A stretch of 64,000 nt of DNA from the human T2T-CHM13v2.0 reference genome, Homo sapiens (GCF_009914755.1 NC_060925.1), one strand, 5' to 3'. Positions 1 through 14,720 are shown, numbered from the stretch's first letter. The notes: generated by a model from the letters alone, not told the origin. Translations and numbers: made by a program.

Positions 1-1465
<1,465 letters not shown>

Positions 1466-1659
1466 CAATAGCAATCCTAGTCTGTTTGAATTTTTGTAAC
1501 TGGACACCCACTGAAGGGCTGATGACTGCTCTATCATGAAGGACTGCATTCTTCACAGCCAGTCCAAAGAGAAAACAAATGCAAGTCCAGCTTCTGGCCG
1601 CTCCAGGCCTGGATGACAAACCTGGCTTCATTAGTATTGACCTCCTTTTCTTGCTTCTG

Positions 1660-1930
1660 AGCAGGAAGGAGTCAGAAAAAATTCCCTGAGGAGATGACTC
1701 TTGAGTATGAGTATGAGGAGATGACCCTGAAAGAGTATTTGCCAGGAAGATGGGGCAAGAACATCAAAAGTGCAAGGCCAGCATCTGGCCAGAGGCATGC
1801 AACAGCTGGATTTATTTGGGGGCTTTGAGTATTGCGGATCTGGGACCAGGAAGCCCAGGAAGTAAGAAGTCAGGGGCTGGCACAGATGGGGCCTGAGTGA
1901 CACATCAGTAACCTTGGACTTCATCTTCTA
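1660..1930 (-). mobile_element. L2 fragment
   Basis: TTCCCTGAGGAGATGACTCTTGAG...AAAAGTGCAAGGCC matches the reverse-strand L2 3' region. Confidence 0.55.
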
Positions 1931-2984
1931 CTGTGATGAAGTCATAGATTCCATAGCTCGGCCTTGACACAACTAAATCCCAATAAGCAAACCATTTTCA
2001 TTCATTAATTCATTCAAGTAGTCATTCAAAAAACATTGATTGCACATCTCCTGTTGACATTCTTGTCTCCCCATCTTAGATGGCATCCCCCAGGCCCAAC
2101 CCTGGCTCTTTCTCTGGGATATACAGCCACCATGGAGTGAGCTCCTATTGTGTCTGGAGCCAGCCCTGATGCTTTGTAAGGAAAATCTTAATCCTCACAT
2201 TTTCTCCATTTTGCAGATGAGAAAAGGAGAGACTCAGAGAAGAAACTGTTTCAAACCCATACTTAATTCCCAATCCCCCCTTCAGGTCAATCCATCCGTC
2301 TACACAGAAACAGTGCCCAAGTATAGGCTGAGGACCAGGCCCTGCAGCCAGCACAGGGGCGCAGGTGGCCATAACGCTGCACAGAGAAGCTCATGCCAAC
2401 CTGGCAGTAGCTGTCTCTCCTATCAGAGGTGACCTGCCTTCTCCACAGAGGTCTGGGTTGGCCCCAGATGCCAGGGCTAAGTGATCTTGGAGCTGTTGGG
2501 AAGGCACCCACTTGCTCTCTAGGGCTCACGACAATGGGTACACTATCCCTTTGCTTCCTGGCAGAACCACCAGGCCCGGAGTGAGGGCCGCTCTTAGGAA
2601 TGGCAAACGAGGGCAGGGCATGGTTCCAAGGCTCTAGCTTCCTCTGCTACAAGCCCACACCTCTCTTTGGCATGACCAGAACCTGGCCAAATAGTGAAGT
2701 TCCCATTACTGCAGCTAGTGGGGTTGCTAATCCAGCTAGAGTCACATAAATAAACAGCAGACACAACCCATAACTTCCCCAGGGGACAGCCTCCCTCCAC
2801 CACACCCCTCCCTCCGGTCTTGCCAAGTCTGTCCTCGAGAGCCAGCAGCCTCAGCCTTTGCACACTGCCACCTCATCTCAGGAACCCCCTTCTGCTCCAA
2901 ACCCTCTTCTGTGGCTCCTGTTCCCAGGGCTGCTACTCCCCAGCCTGCATCCAGGGGACCCTGAGCTGGCCGTGGAGGCCCTCC

Positions 2985-3195
2985 CTGACCTGAGAAGTCT
3001 CACAATCATACCATCCTGCTCTACCATCTTTATAGCACTCATCATTATTTAAAAGCATCTTGCTTATCTGTTGACATCTTTGTTTTCTGCTCGCTGAGGG
3101 CAGGGGCTTGGTCTATTTTGATGACAACCAAGATCTGAGAACACAGCCTGGCTCAGAACAGAAATTCACCAAGTATCTGCTACATGCATGAATCC
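2985..3195 (+). mobile_element. L2 3' end
   Basis: GAGGGCAGGGGCTTGGTCTATTTTG...CACAGCCTGGCTCAG...ATGAAT tail. Confidence 0.6.
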
Positions 3196-3749
3196 TGTGA
3201 GGCCCAGCTTCAGTGATGCCCTCAGTGCAACTTTCCTACACATCCTTGCTCTGCTCCTCCAAGGTGCAGACCCCAGGGTCCACTCCCGCATCATCTGGCT
3301 CCCGTGCCTGCAGACAGAGCTGTGGCTGACATGCCCCTGCATCCTGCATCCAACCAACAACCAGCCCACCATGGGGGATTCATTCATTTTCGCTGAATAA
3401 ATAAATGCATGCAATTCAGCTTCCCCACCTGTGATAAATGTGGAAGGGCTTTGTAAACTGTAGAGCACTGTGAACACACATTCTCCAGGGCCTGACGTGC
3501 CGAGGCCCTTACCACACGTCTGCTGAACTGAATCCTGGGCAGTTTCTGCCTAGGCCCTCGTTCCGGGTCCCACAACCACAGCCACACTGAGAACTATACA
3601 GCCCCAGTTAGCATGAATCTCGAACAAGGCATTACCTGAATGGCCTGGGAGGCAGAGGTTTACAAAACCAAAGAGCTGAACGCTAGGTAGTCCTGGGAGG
3701 GGGAGGTGTGGGCGGCCTGCACATGTGAGCCACAGATGGTCAGCTGGCC

Positions 3750-4190
3750 GATCGGGAGGGTTCTATTTCAGTGACAATTCATTTTCAGTAATTATCCCCC
3801 TCTCCTTTAAAGTCACCTAAGGCAGTCCTCGTGGGCACCGGACCGCTTCCCTGAGCGAACTTTCAAGTTATCTGCGCTTGTGGAGATGCGTGGAATTCAA
3901 AGCAGATGTGCCAAATTGAACCTCCCGCTTGCTGCTCCAGCTCCGATTTTTTTCCCCCAGCCCACTGTAAATGTTTTTAAAATGGGACCCCAGTACTAGA
4001 CATGTCAAACAGCTGAACTCAAGGTAGAGGGGGCTGCCAGAAGGGAAGACGAATGAAATTTAAAATCCCTTTCGACAGATTAACTAGACGCACTTTGAAG
4101 CCATAAATCATGCAGACAGTCTAGAAGAAGCTAATAATGGATTTCGGTTTTGTTCGTATTTATTATCTTAAAGAGATAGCAGAATGCAGG
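3750..4190. promoter_or_regulatory. Candidate distal enhancer / conserved non-coding element
   Basis: No recognisable repeat and retains many CpGs. TAATTA 3789-3794, TGTCA 4003-4007, CAGCTG 4010-4015, GCCATAAATCA 4100-4110. Confidence 0.45.
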
Positions 4191-4279
4191 GCCAATGTGC
4201 CTGGCTGGGGAGTCCACTGGGGACCTCCTAAAGCTGAGTATCAACCAGAGAGGAGGTGGAGGGGAGGAGGGACATAAGC

Positions 4280-4470
4280 ACTAGCATTATGTACCTGTTG
4301 TGTGCCAGGCACTGGGCTTGGCATGACTTGTTTTAAGCCACAATGCCAACCATGTGAAGAAGACACTATTGTCCCCATTTTATGGATGAGGACCCCAAGA
4401 TGCTCCAAGATGGCTTGCTCCAGGCTATGTGGCCTGTGTCTCTTGACTCTAAAGCCCTTGCTCTTTCTGC
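4280..4470 (-). mobile_element. MIR
   Basis: TGTGCCAGGCACTGGGCT...TATTGTCCCCATTTTATGGATGAGGA core. Confidence 0.7.
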
Positions 4471-4924
4471 CCAATAGAATTTAGGTGAAAAGGGAGGACC
4501 CCGTCTGAGAGCACACTGAACCTGGGGGAGAGGGAGAGACAGCAAGGGTATGAGCACTCCAGCCCTGAGGGGCCAGTCCCCCAAGTGACCCATGCACTTC
4601 TCCAGAGCCAGGCCTTTAGCCTTGCTGTGCCCTTGCTGTGCCTTGCTGTACCTGGGGTGCCTTTAGTGGTCATTTCCTGAGCTTGTGTCTATGCTAGGAC
4701 CTGGCCTGGGTCTCTGATCTCAATAGTGTGCCCCAGATGACAGCATTTTAGTGTTTGTCTTATTTGTCACTAGAGAGCTAGCCTCAATAGATTTGACCTT
4801 ATCCACCTCTGTATTCTCCCATGGCCACACAGGAGATGCTCAACGTCCCAGCACCCTGAACACCAGCATCACATCTACCAAGGGCAGGAGAGCCATGGGA
4901 GGGACTGTACTGCCTCACTCGACA

Positions 4925-5210
4925 CGCTTTTGAATGCCCACCTTGTACAGCACTGGGGACAGAACTGTGCACCAGAGTGCGTTCGCCAGGCTTACACCTG
5001 AGTACCAGTCACTTTATCCACGAATTTAACACCATCAGCCCTAGGCGGGAGAGACAATTATTCCCACCTAAGGGAGAGGAACCTAACTCTCAGAAGCCGA
5101 AGCCACTTGGTCAAGATCAAGCGGGATGTGCACCCACCCACAGGCACCCCCTCCACCGTCAAAGCCCCACCCCACTCATCACCTAGCAGGTCTAAGCTCA
5201 GTCTCCTGGG
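4925..5210 (-). mobile_element. MIR
   Basis: ATTATTCCCACCTAAGGGAGAGGAACCTAACTCTCAGAAG...CCACTTGGTCAAGATCA resembles the MIR core. Confidence 0.55.
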
Positions 5211-5404
5211 TGCTGATCATCAGACTCAAATGTGATACAAAACCACAGGGTGGAGACGGGATGGATTTAACAACCAAAGGCTACAATATAGGGACGGGAA
5301 ACAGCACCCTGAGAGGTCAGAAGGGGTGGCCATCGGGGAAGGCTCCTGGGCACAGGACAGAATCCTGGCTCGTCTGTTTACAATTCTCCAAGACTTCCAT
5401 CCAC

Positions 5405-5500
5405 AGCAGTGGGTCCCAAACTGTCTGGCACATCAGAACGACCTGGGGAACTTGAAAAATAAATCTGGGCTCTGCTCAGGTAGATCAAATCGAATCTCAC
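5405..5500. mobile_element. MER5-like hAT fragment
   Basis: CAGTGGGTCCCAAACTGTCTGGCACATCAGAACGACCTGGGGAACTTGAAAAATA resembles a MER5 end. Confidence 0.55.
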
Positions 5501-5689
5501 CTCTCTGATCTGATCTCCCAGACTGCATGCACATGTACACACATGGGGACATGTACACACACAGGATGTATCCACACACAGGGACACACACACACACCAC
5601 ACAGTCATACAGCCCAGGCTCTCCAGCTATCTACCCTTACCGTGATGTGCCAAGGATGCAACCCCGCCCCTACTCTGTGCTTTATGATG

Positions 5690-6310
5690 TTCTCCCTCCT
5701 GAGATGCCTTTCTACCCACTTTAACCTGGGGACTCACTCCTACCCATCCCTCAAGGCCCAGCTCAAATGCTTCCTCCCTGAAGCCCTCCCCAATCCCCTC
5801 TGTGCTTCACAGCCCATGAGCCAGCCCACATGGCAGTTGCTATCACTCTGTAGCATCATGCGGCACAGATGGCCCCAGCTGTTCCTACCCCACACTGTTA
5901 ATTCTTCTAGTCTCGCTGCCTGACAGCACCTGGCTCTTAATGGTGCCCTAGAAATGAACAGCATGAGATGGGCTTCGAGAACAGGACTTGATCCAAAGAT
6001 AAGGAGGGCCAAGGGCATGGCTGGGCATCTTGTTCCACTCTTCCCCAGCGTGCCACCACCACACCGGCCTCCTCCCACATCTTAGACACAGTGAGCTTGC
6101 TCCTCCTTCTGTCCCCTCTGCCCATGGGCCTGGACAGTTGCAGTGGCTGCTTCTTGTCATCAGGATCACCTTCCTGCAAGAGGCCTGACCTTCCTCAAAC
6201 CCCGTCATTCTCTTTTTCTTCTCAGCACACACACTGCCTACTACATATTATTATATTTGCTCATTATCTGTCTGTCCCACTTGAATACAAGCTCCACAAG
6301 CCCAGAGAGC
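5690..6310 (+). mobile_element. L2 fragments (two pieces, about 5690-5960 and 6160-6310)
   Basis: ACTCCTACCCATCCCTCAAGGCCCAGCTCAAATGCTTCCTCCCTGAAGCCCTCCC and TTATCTGTCTGTCCCACTTGAATACAAGCTCCAC. Confidence 0.6.
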
Positions 6311-6459
6311 CTTCTTGACCATTCCTGCACACATGCAGGCCTTGAGAAGGCCACCCTAGGCCATTCAATATGGAAATGCCTTGGATTTTCCTTTCTGAGA
6401 GATATGTATGGTTGACTGTGCTCGTTCATTCGTGAATTGGGGGTGAATCTTCAAAAACT

Positions 6460-7860
<1,401 letters not shown>

Positions 7861-8433
7861 AAGATCCCTATGGCAGGGTTTCCACCATCTCTGAGCAACA
7901 CCAGAGAGTTATAATAATCATAAATATCACATGTATGTACTTACACTCTACAAAACATTATTCAGTCATCACATTTTTGTTGTGTACCTGCTATGTGCCA
8001 GAGACTATTCTAGGTGCTGGGATACAGCAGTGAATAAAACAGATAATAATCTCTGCTTTCATGGCATTCATCTTCTAACAGGGGACATAAACAAAAGAAA
8101 TAAGTAAATTATACAGAATGTTAGTGGTATACAGGAAAATAAAACAGGAAGGGGCATATGAAATATCTGAAGGAAGGATGCACTTTTATATGGGGTGTTC
8201 AGGGAAGGCCTCACTGAGAAGTGTAACGGGTAATGACCTGAAGCAGGTGAGGGATTGAGTCATATGAGTGTCTGGGTCTCGGGGGAGGGCATTTCAGGCA
8301 GAGGGAACAGCCAGTGCCAAGGCCCTGAGGGAGCAGCAGACCTTACTAATGGCCAGGATCAGCAAGAAGCCAGTGGGCTGGTGTGGAGCAAGCCATAGAG
8401 CAAGAAAAAAAGGAGAGACAGGGGAATAAAAGA

Positions 8434-10026
8434 GAGGTGTGTGAATGAGTGTGAGGGATGTGTGAATGAGTGTGACTAAGGGGCGTGTGAATGAGTGTGA
8501 CTGAGACCGGGGGAGTAAGAGAGAGGTGTGTGAATGAGTGTGCGGGATGTGTGAATGAGTGTGACTGAGGGGTGTGTGAATGAATGTGACTGAGGGGTGT
8601 GTGAATGAGTGTGACTGAGGGGTGTGTGACTGTGAGGGGCATGTGACTGAGGGGTATGTGAATGAGTGACTGAGGGGGCAAGTGAATGACTGAAGGGCGT
8701 GTGACTGAGTGTGACTGAGGGGTATGTGTATGAGTGTGACTGAGGGGCATGTGAATGAGTGTGACTGAGGAGAAGGGAGAGTAAGGGAGAGGTGTGTGAA
8801 TGAGTGTGACAGACTGGGGGTGTAACAGATGGGTGTGTGAATGGGACTGAGGGGTGTGTGAGTGTGACTGAGGGGTGTTTGAGTGTGACTGAGGGGCATG
8901 TGGATGAATATGACTGAGGGGTGTAATGAGTGTGACTGGGGCATGTGAATGGGTGTGACTGAGGGGCATGTGAATGAGTGTGACTGAGGGGTGTAATGTG
9001 TGTGACGGGCATGTGAATGTGACTGAGGGACATGTGAATGAGTGTGACTGAGGGGCATGTGAATGAGTGTGACTGAGGGACATGTGAATGAGTGTGACGG
9101 AGGGGCATGTGAATGAGTGTGATTGAGGGGCATGTGAATGAGACTGAGGGGTGTGTGAATGAGTGTGAATGAGACTGAGGGGTGTGAATGAGTGTGACTG
9201 AGGGGCATGTATATGTGTGACCGAGGGGCGTGTGTATGAGTGTGACTGAGGGATGTGTGAATGAGTGTGACTGAGGAGAAAGGGGGAGTGAGAGAGGTGT
9301 ATGAATGAGTGTGACTAAGGGGCGTGTATGTATGTGACCGAGAGGCATGTGTATGAGTGTGACTGAGGGGCGTGTGAATGAATGTGAATGAGAGGTGTGA
9401 ATGAGTGTGACTGAGGGGCATGTGAATGTGACTGAGGGGCGTGTATATGTGTGACCGAGGGGTGTGTGAATGAGTGTGACTGAGGGGTGTGAATGAGTGT
9501 GACCGAGGGGCATGTGTACGAGTGTGACCGAGGGGCGTGTGTATGAGTGTGGCTGAGGGGCGTGTGAATGAGTGTGACTGAGGGGTGTGTGAGTGTGACT
9601 GAGGGGCATGTATATGTGTGACTGAGGGGCGTGTGTATGAGTGTGACCGAGGGGCATGTGAATGTGACTGTGAGGTGTGAATGTGACTGAGGAGTGTGAA
9701 TGAGTGTGACTGGAGGGGCGTGTGAAGGGGCGTGTGAATATGTGACTGAGGGGTGTGAATGAGTGTGGCTGAGGGGCGTGTGAATGAGTGTGACTGGGGG
9801 GCGTGTGAATGGCTGAGGGGCGTGTGAATGGCTGAGGGGCATGTGAATGAGTGTGACTGAGGGGCTTGTGAATGAGTGTGACTGAGGGGTGTGTGTATGA
9901 GTGTGACTGAGGGGTGTGAATGAGTGTGACTGAGGGGTGTGAATGAGTGGCTGAGGGGTGTGTGAATGAGTGTGGCTGAGGGGTGTGAATGAGTGTGACT
10001 GAAGTGCGTGTGAATGTGTGTGACGG
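8434..10026. repeat. GT-rich minisatellite/VNTR, ~24-26-bp unit GTGAATGAGTGTGACTGAGGGG(C/T)(G/A)T, roughly 60 copies
   Basis: Directly visible imperfect tandem array. Confidence 0.95.
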
Positions 10027-10124
10027 GGGACCACAGAGGGACTCGGTCCTTGTGTGGCTCTTCCTTTACCTCCATGTCTGGAAGAAATTAGGACTTCGTG
10101 AGTTTTAGGCAGAAAAGCAACATT

Positions 10125-10328
10125 TCTTGTGTCTCAACACTGCGTGTGTCAATCCTAGCACTACTGACATTTGGGGCTGGATAATTCTTTGTTCTTGGGG
10201 GCTGTCTTATGCATTGCAGGATGGTTAGTAACATCCACATGCATGCGTGCACACACCCAGGTGTGAGAATCAAAAATGTCTCGGCGTGGGGGGGATAGGG
10301 GGAGAAATTGCCCCAGCTGAGAACCACT
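10125..10328. mobile_element. MER20 (hAT-Charlie MITE)
   Basis: GCACTACTGACATTTGGGGCTGGATAATTCTTTGTT...CAAAAATGTCTC...AAATTGCCCCAGCTGAGAACCACT. Confidence 0.85.
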
Positions 10329-11114
10329 TTAACAGGATCACTTTGGCCACTGTGCCAATGGGTGCAATGGCAGAGAGACCAGTTATGAGATCACGAATCC
10401 ACCAGTGAACAGAGAATCATGGCGGCTTCAGCCAAGAGTGGGTGAAGTAGCTGGATTCCAGATCCACTGTGAGTGCAGAGGCATCGGGATTTATCAACAA
10501 ATCAGTTATCAGGGAGTAAGAGAGAAAGGCCAAGGATGGCGCCAAAGTTTTCATCCTGAAGTCTTATAAAGATGGAGTTGCCGTTTCCTGGGATGGAGAC
10601 GATGGGAGAAGAAACGGGTTTGGGGAGGACATCAGGAGCCGGATGCTGGTCACAAAAGTTTTAGACATGTTTAGACACACAAATGGAAATGCTGAACAGT
10701 GTCTACCAGCAGATCTGCAGTTTAGGAGCCAGCTCAGGTCTGGAGATAACTTTGGATCCATAGCAAGTAGACAGTGTTTGAAATGCAGTAATACAGATGA
10801 GACCACAAAGGAATGAATATAAAAAGAAAAGAAAGGGTCCAAGGGCTAAACCCTGAGCTCGCCAATGTTTAGAAGTCAGGGAGTTGAGGAAGAGTAGCCA
10901 GAGGGGAAGGAAACCAGGCATGAGTGGCGTCCTGAAGCTGTGAGAAGGAAGCGTTTCCAGGCGTGTAGAACGCTCAGCTGTGTCAAGGCTGCTTACAAGA
11001 CAGACAAAATGAGGCCTGAGAATTGCCCAATGTGAGGGTGGAGCGAGGAGGGCCTCACTAGAGTTCATTTGTGAGGGAATGCGGGGAGAGAAACGAGACA
11101 TTGGGCATAGACAA

Positions 11115-11487
11115 CAATGGGCTCTGGACTCTTCTAGCACCTGTGACATCCTCTCGGCCCCACCGCTATTCCAGCCACTGCAGCTGCGGCCAATTGAAGG
11201 CAGCTTCCACAGTAGCAAGCACCTGCGAGGCCACCTCACACGTCCAACCCCAGAGTGGGTGGGGGTTAATGCCTCTGGAGCCACCTTGACCCAGGGGTAT
11301 GGAAGCCCACGAATAAACGCTTCCCCTTGACAACACTGAGATGCATTCCTGCAGCTCATTAATGCATTGGCTCCCCACCGCCTTCCATCCCCCATCTCAT
11401 TCCTGCTCCCTGGGATCACTTCCCAGGAACATTACCTAGACCAGAGCATGACAATCTCTGCTTTCAGGGGAGTCCAGGCTTAGACAA
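11115..11487 (+). mobile_element. LTR16-like ERVL solo LTR
   Basis: The 3' end CTCCCTGGGATCACTTCCCAG...CTCTGCTTTCAGGGGAGTCCAGGCTTAGACA resembles the LTR16 terminus. Confidence 0.65.
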
Positions 11488-11789
11488 ATGGGAAGGAGGC
11501 TGTAGTTGCATGTAGAGTCAACAGAGGTTGTCTCTGTTGTTGTTGTTTTTTTAATTCTTTTTTCAAGAAATAACAACAGGATTGTATGCTGATAGGGATG
11601 ATCCAGGAGAGGGGCAAAAATTGATGCAGGAAAGAGAAGGGAGAACGGCAGGAGCAGTGGTGGCTTTGAGCAAGTGAAAGGAGGGTCCACAGTAATACTT
11701 AGGAAACCGACCGTGGACTGGGCCATAGAGCAAGCCTCGATAGTTCAAAGAATTGAAATGAACAAAACATGTCCTCTGGCCACATGTGA

Positions 11790-13115
11790 AAAAGACAATC
11801 AGAAATCTCATATATTTGGAAATTAAGAAACATGGCCTACAACCGGAATCAAAAACATAACGGAAATTTAAAATATTTTGAAATAATTAATAATGAAAAT
11901 GCTACATATTCAAACTTCTGGAATATGGCTATCATATTCCCTAAGAAAAAATTTATGATTTTAATGTCTTAAATGTGTTTGTTAGAAGTGTTGAAACTTA
12001 ATAAGTTAAATATCCACCACAAGATGTTAAAAAAAAAAAGCAAAATGAAGTAGCAAGAGAAACTATAAAGGCAAAAGTCAGCAATATAGAAAATATATAT
12101 ACACAGGCACACACTACAATAGGATCATAAACAAGACTAAAGCTGGTTTTTTGAAAAGATGAATAAAATCAGCTCTTGAACTACTGACAAAGACCACAAG
12201 AAAGAAGGAGGAGGCACAAATAACTAGTGTCAGGAATAAAACTGAGACAACACTTTATGCTGCAGGCAATACAAAGATGTTTACAGAATATCATGAATAT
12301 TTCAAGCAAATAATTTGTGAAATGTACTCAAAATGGACAAATTCCTAGGAAAATATAATTTATCAAAACTGATAAAGACAACGGAAAAACTAAATAGTCC
12401 AATAGATATTAACATAATTGAATTAATGGTTTTAAATCTTCCCATAAAGAAAACTCCAGACCCAGTTGGCTTTTCCAGTAATTGCTATCCAACATTCAAG
12501 AAAGAAATAATTCTATTCTTATACTCATTCTTCCAGAGACTAGAAAAAGGGGGAATACTCTCCAGTTCACTGTATAAGGCTAGGAAAACTTTGGCATTAA
12601 ACCTCAAAAAGGAGGCTATAAGAAAGGAAAATTACAAGTTAATTTCATTCATGAGTACAGACACAAAAATTCTAAATAAAATATTAACAAATGAAACCCA
12701 ATAGCATAAAAACAGGAAAAATACATCATGACCAAGTCAGGTATATCCAAGGAACTCAAAGTTGATTTAACATTAGAAAATCACTTAACGCTATTCACCA
12801 CATTAGTAGATTTTAAAAGAAGACCCTATGATCATCTCAACAATTGCAGAAAAAAGCATTTGATAAAAATTCGACATCCACTCATGATTTTAAAATAAAA
12901 ACATTAACCAACCCCGAAAAGAAAAAAAAAAGCTTCCTTAATGTGATAAAGAATATTTGCAAAAAGCCAACAGCAAATATCACAGTTGGTAGTAAAATGC
13001 TGAATAGATATTGGAAGCAAGACGTCTGCCATCACTGCTCCTATTGGACATTCTGTGTAAGGCTCTGGGAGCATGGAAAGGCAAGGAAGAGAAGTCAGAA
13101 GAGGAAGGACTTGTG
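11790..13115 (+). mobile_element. Old L1 fragment covering ORF2 up to the middle of the reverse-transcriptase region
   Basis: ORF 12333-12704 (MDKFLGKYNLSKL...LPIKKTPDPVGFSSNCYPTFKKEII...KENYKLISFMSTDTKILNKIL) is a clear homologue of L1 ORF2. Stops and frameshifts flank it. Confidence 0.9.
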
Positions 13116-14299
13116 AAGGAGCTGACACCCACACCCAGGCTTCTCTGACCCCAGCCCACTCATCACTGTCACCTCTCAGCTCACCCTGAGCATCACCTGT
13201 CTTCAGTCTACCTGCTCCCTCACTCAGTCACTCGGCGACGCCTACTGGGCCTTCTGGGAGCCCATGCACTCACCTGCATTTTCTGACTCACGCCACTCTC
13301 CACCTGCGCTGTTTCTGACTTTGCTTCCTAAGGGGCCACACTCAGTGCAGGGACCACTCCTGTATTACTCTGTGAGCTGCAGTGTCCCTACCTCAGCTCC
13401 TTCTGTTCGTGGGCAGGACGAGGTCTGACTCACCTCTGGGTCCCTAGCCCCTCACGTACAACAGGTCGCAGTGAGCGCTTGCTGCAGGACGTGAGGGTGA
13501 CTGGACATGGGAGCTACAGAAGGATGCTGCCTCCTCAGTGGGGCCTTCCCACTCACCAACATGCACTGGCTTCTTCCCTAGGAGACCACTTCCACTGCTG
13601 TGCACTGGGCAGCTCCTCTGTGCCAGCCCTGGGCTGGTGGGCACTGACACCTAGCTCCCCCCGGCAGGCTGGCAATGGCCACACAGCCAGAGCCCCACAG
13701 GGGTCTGTGGGGAAGCAGGTACCTCACCCAGCCACAAGGTCAGAAGAGGCTCCCAGGAGGAAGGAGCCTCTAAACTGAGGAATAAATGACAAGTGGATGT
13801 TCATGTCTGAAGGAGGGTGATGACGGGAGGATACCCAGGGATGGGGAGCTACAAGTGGGTCCCTGAGGGTGACACGATGTGAGTGCAGCAATGAGACCAG
13901 AGAGGTCACTCTTCTATCTGTGAGAACCGTGGACCCAGCTCCCCTAAAACACATGAATGCACTGATAAGATGGTGCACATACCTTAAAGCCCATTCCCAC
14001 ACCCGAGGTTCAAGAATATGGACTATAGCCTGAGGATGGCAAAGTCAAACTGTTGCAGTCTTAGGGGAAGAAAAGTACACATACGGCTGATTTGCTGCTC
14101 ATTTTCACCCATAACCTTGGGCAAGACTCAAAATAATACCCGCAGGGCCTAGGCTGCCCTAGGACAGACACTCCACATCCAGCATACAAGGGTCCTGCAG
14201 GCTTTGGCTGGTGGCCTCGCAGTGACTGTACCATTGTGGGGAAATGTCACCATCCCCCTTGTGAGCACCTGCGCAGCTACCAATTGCAGAGCTCTCACC

Positions 14300-14720
14300 A
14301 TGTATCAAGCAGTGATGGCCAGACCTGGGCCAGACAGTCAGGGGAGAGAAGCGTGTTCCTGGAACAGAATACATTTGTGCAGAGGACAGGGGCATGGAGG
14401 AAGCTGGTGTTTCTGGGGCCTGGCTGGAGGGCCATCAGTGCCAGGGGACCAGCTGGACACCCATGGGAGATGTTGGCCCCTGCAGGCCAAAGCCTGCAGC
14501 CTGAACGTTATAATCCTGAGAGAGGGAGGGAGCCAGTATCCCATCTGGGTTTAGAGGGATCACTCTGGTGGTCTGGAGCCACACATGTGGTGGGGACTGC
14601 CACGGGGAGAAGCACAGAGGCCACACGGTGTAAGGGTCAGGGAAGTCCTGGCCTGAGAGATGCAATATATGTGGGAGGGGAAGCAGAGAAGGCACCTCGG
14701 GGAAAGGGAGGGTTCCTTGT
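14300..14720 (-). mobile_element. L2 fragment
   Basis: GTGTTCCTGGAACAGAATACATTTGTGCAGAGG...TTTAGAGGGATCACTCTGG. Confidence 0.55.

Larger units (their letters stand above)
7955..11750 (-). mobile_element. Long L2 copy split by a minisatellite, MER20 and an LTR
   Basis: Starts with the L2 tail (GTACCTGCTATGTGCCAGAGACTATTCTAGGTGCTGGGATACAGCAGTGAATAAAACAGA). Collinear L2 body resumes near 10030, 10330 and 11550. Confidence 0.75.

Noticed and set aside
8434-10026. CRISPR-like array
   Set aside because: Units are adjacent with no unique spacers, there are no cas genes, and the context is primate DNA.
8294-10075. 593-aa ORF as a real gene
   Set aside because: It lies almost entirely in the tandem repeat, several frames are open, the sequence is low complexity, and there is no domain or gene context.
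12333-12704. Functional reverse-transcriptase CDS
   Set aside because: Short open stretch of a decayed L1 ORF2, bounded by stops and frameshifts.
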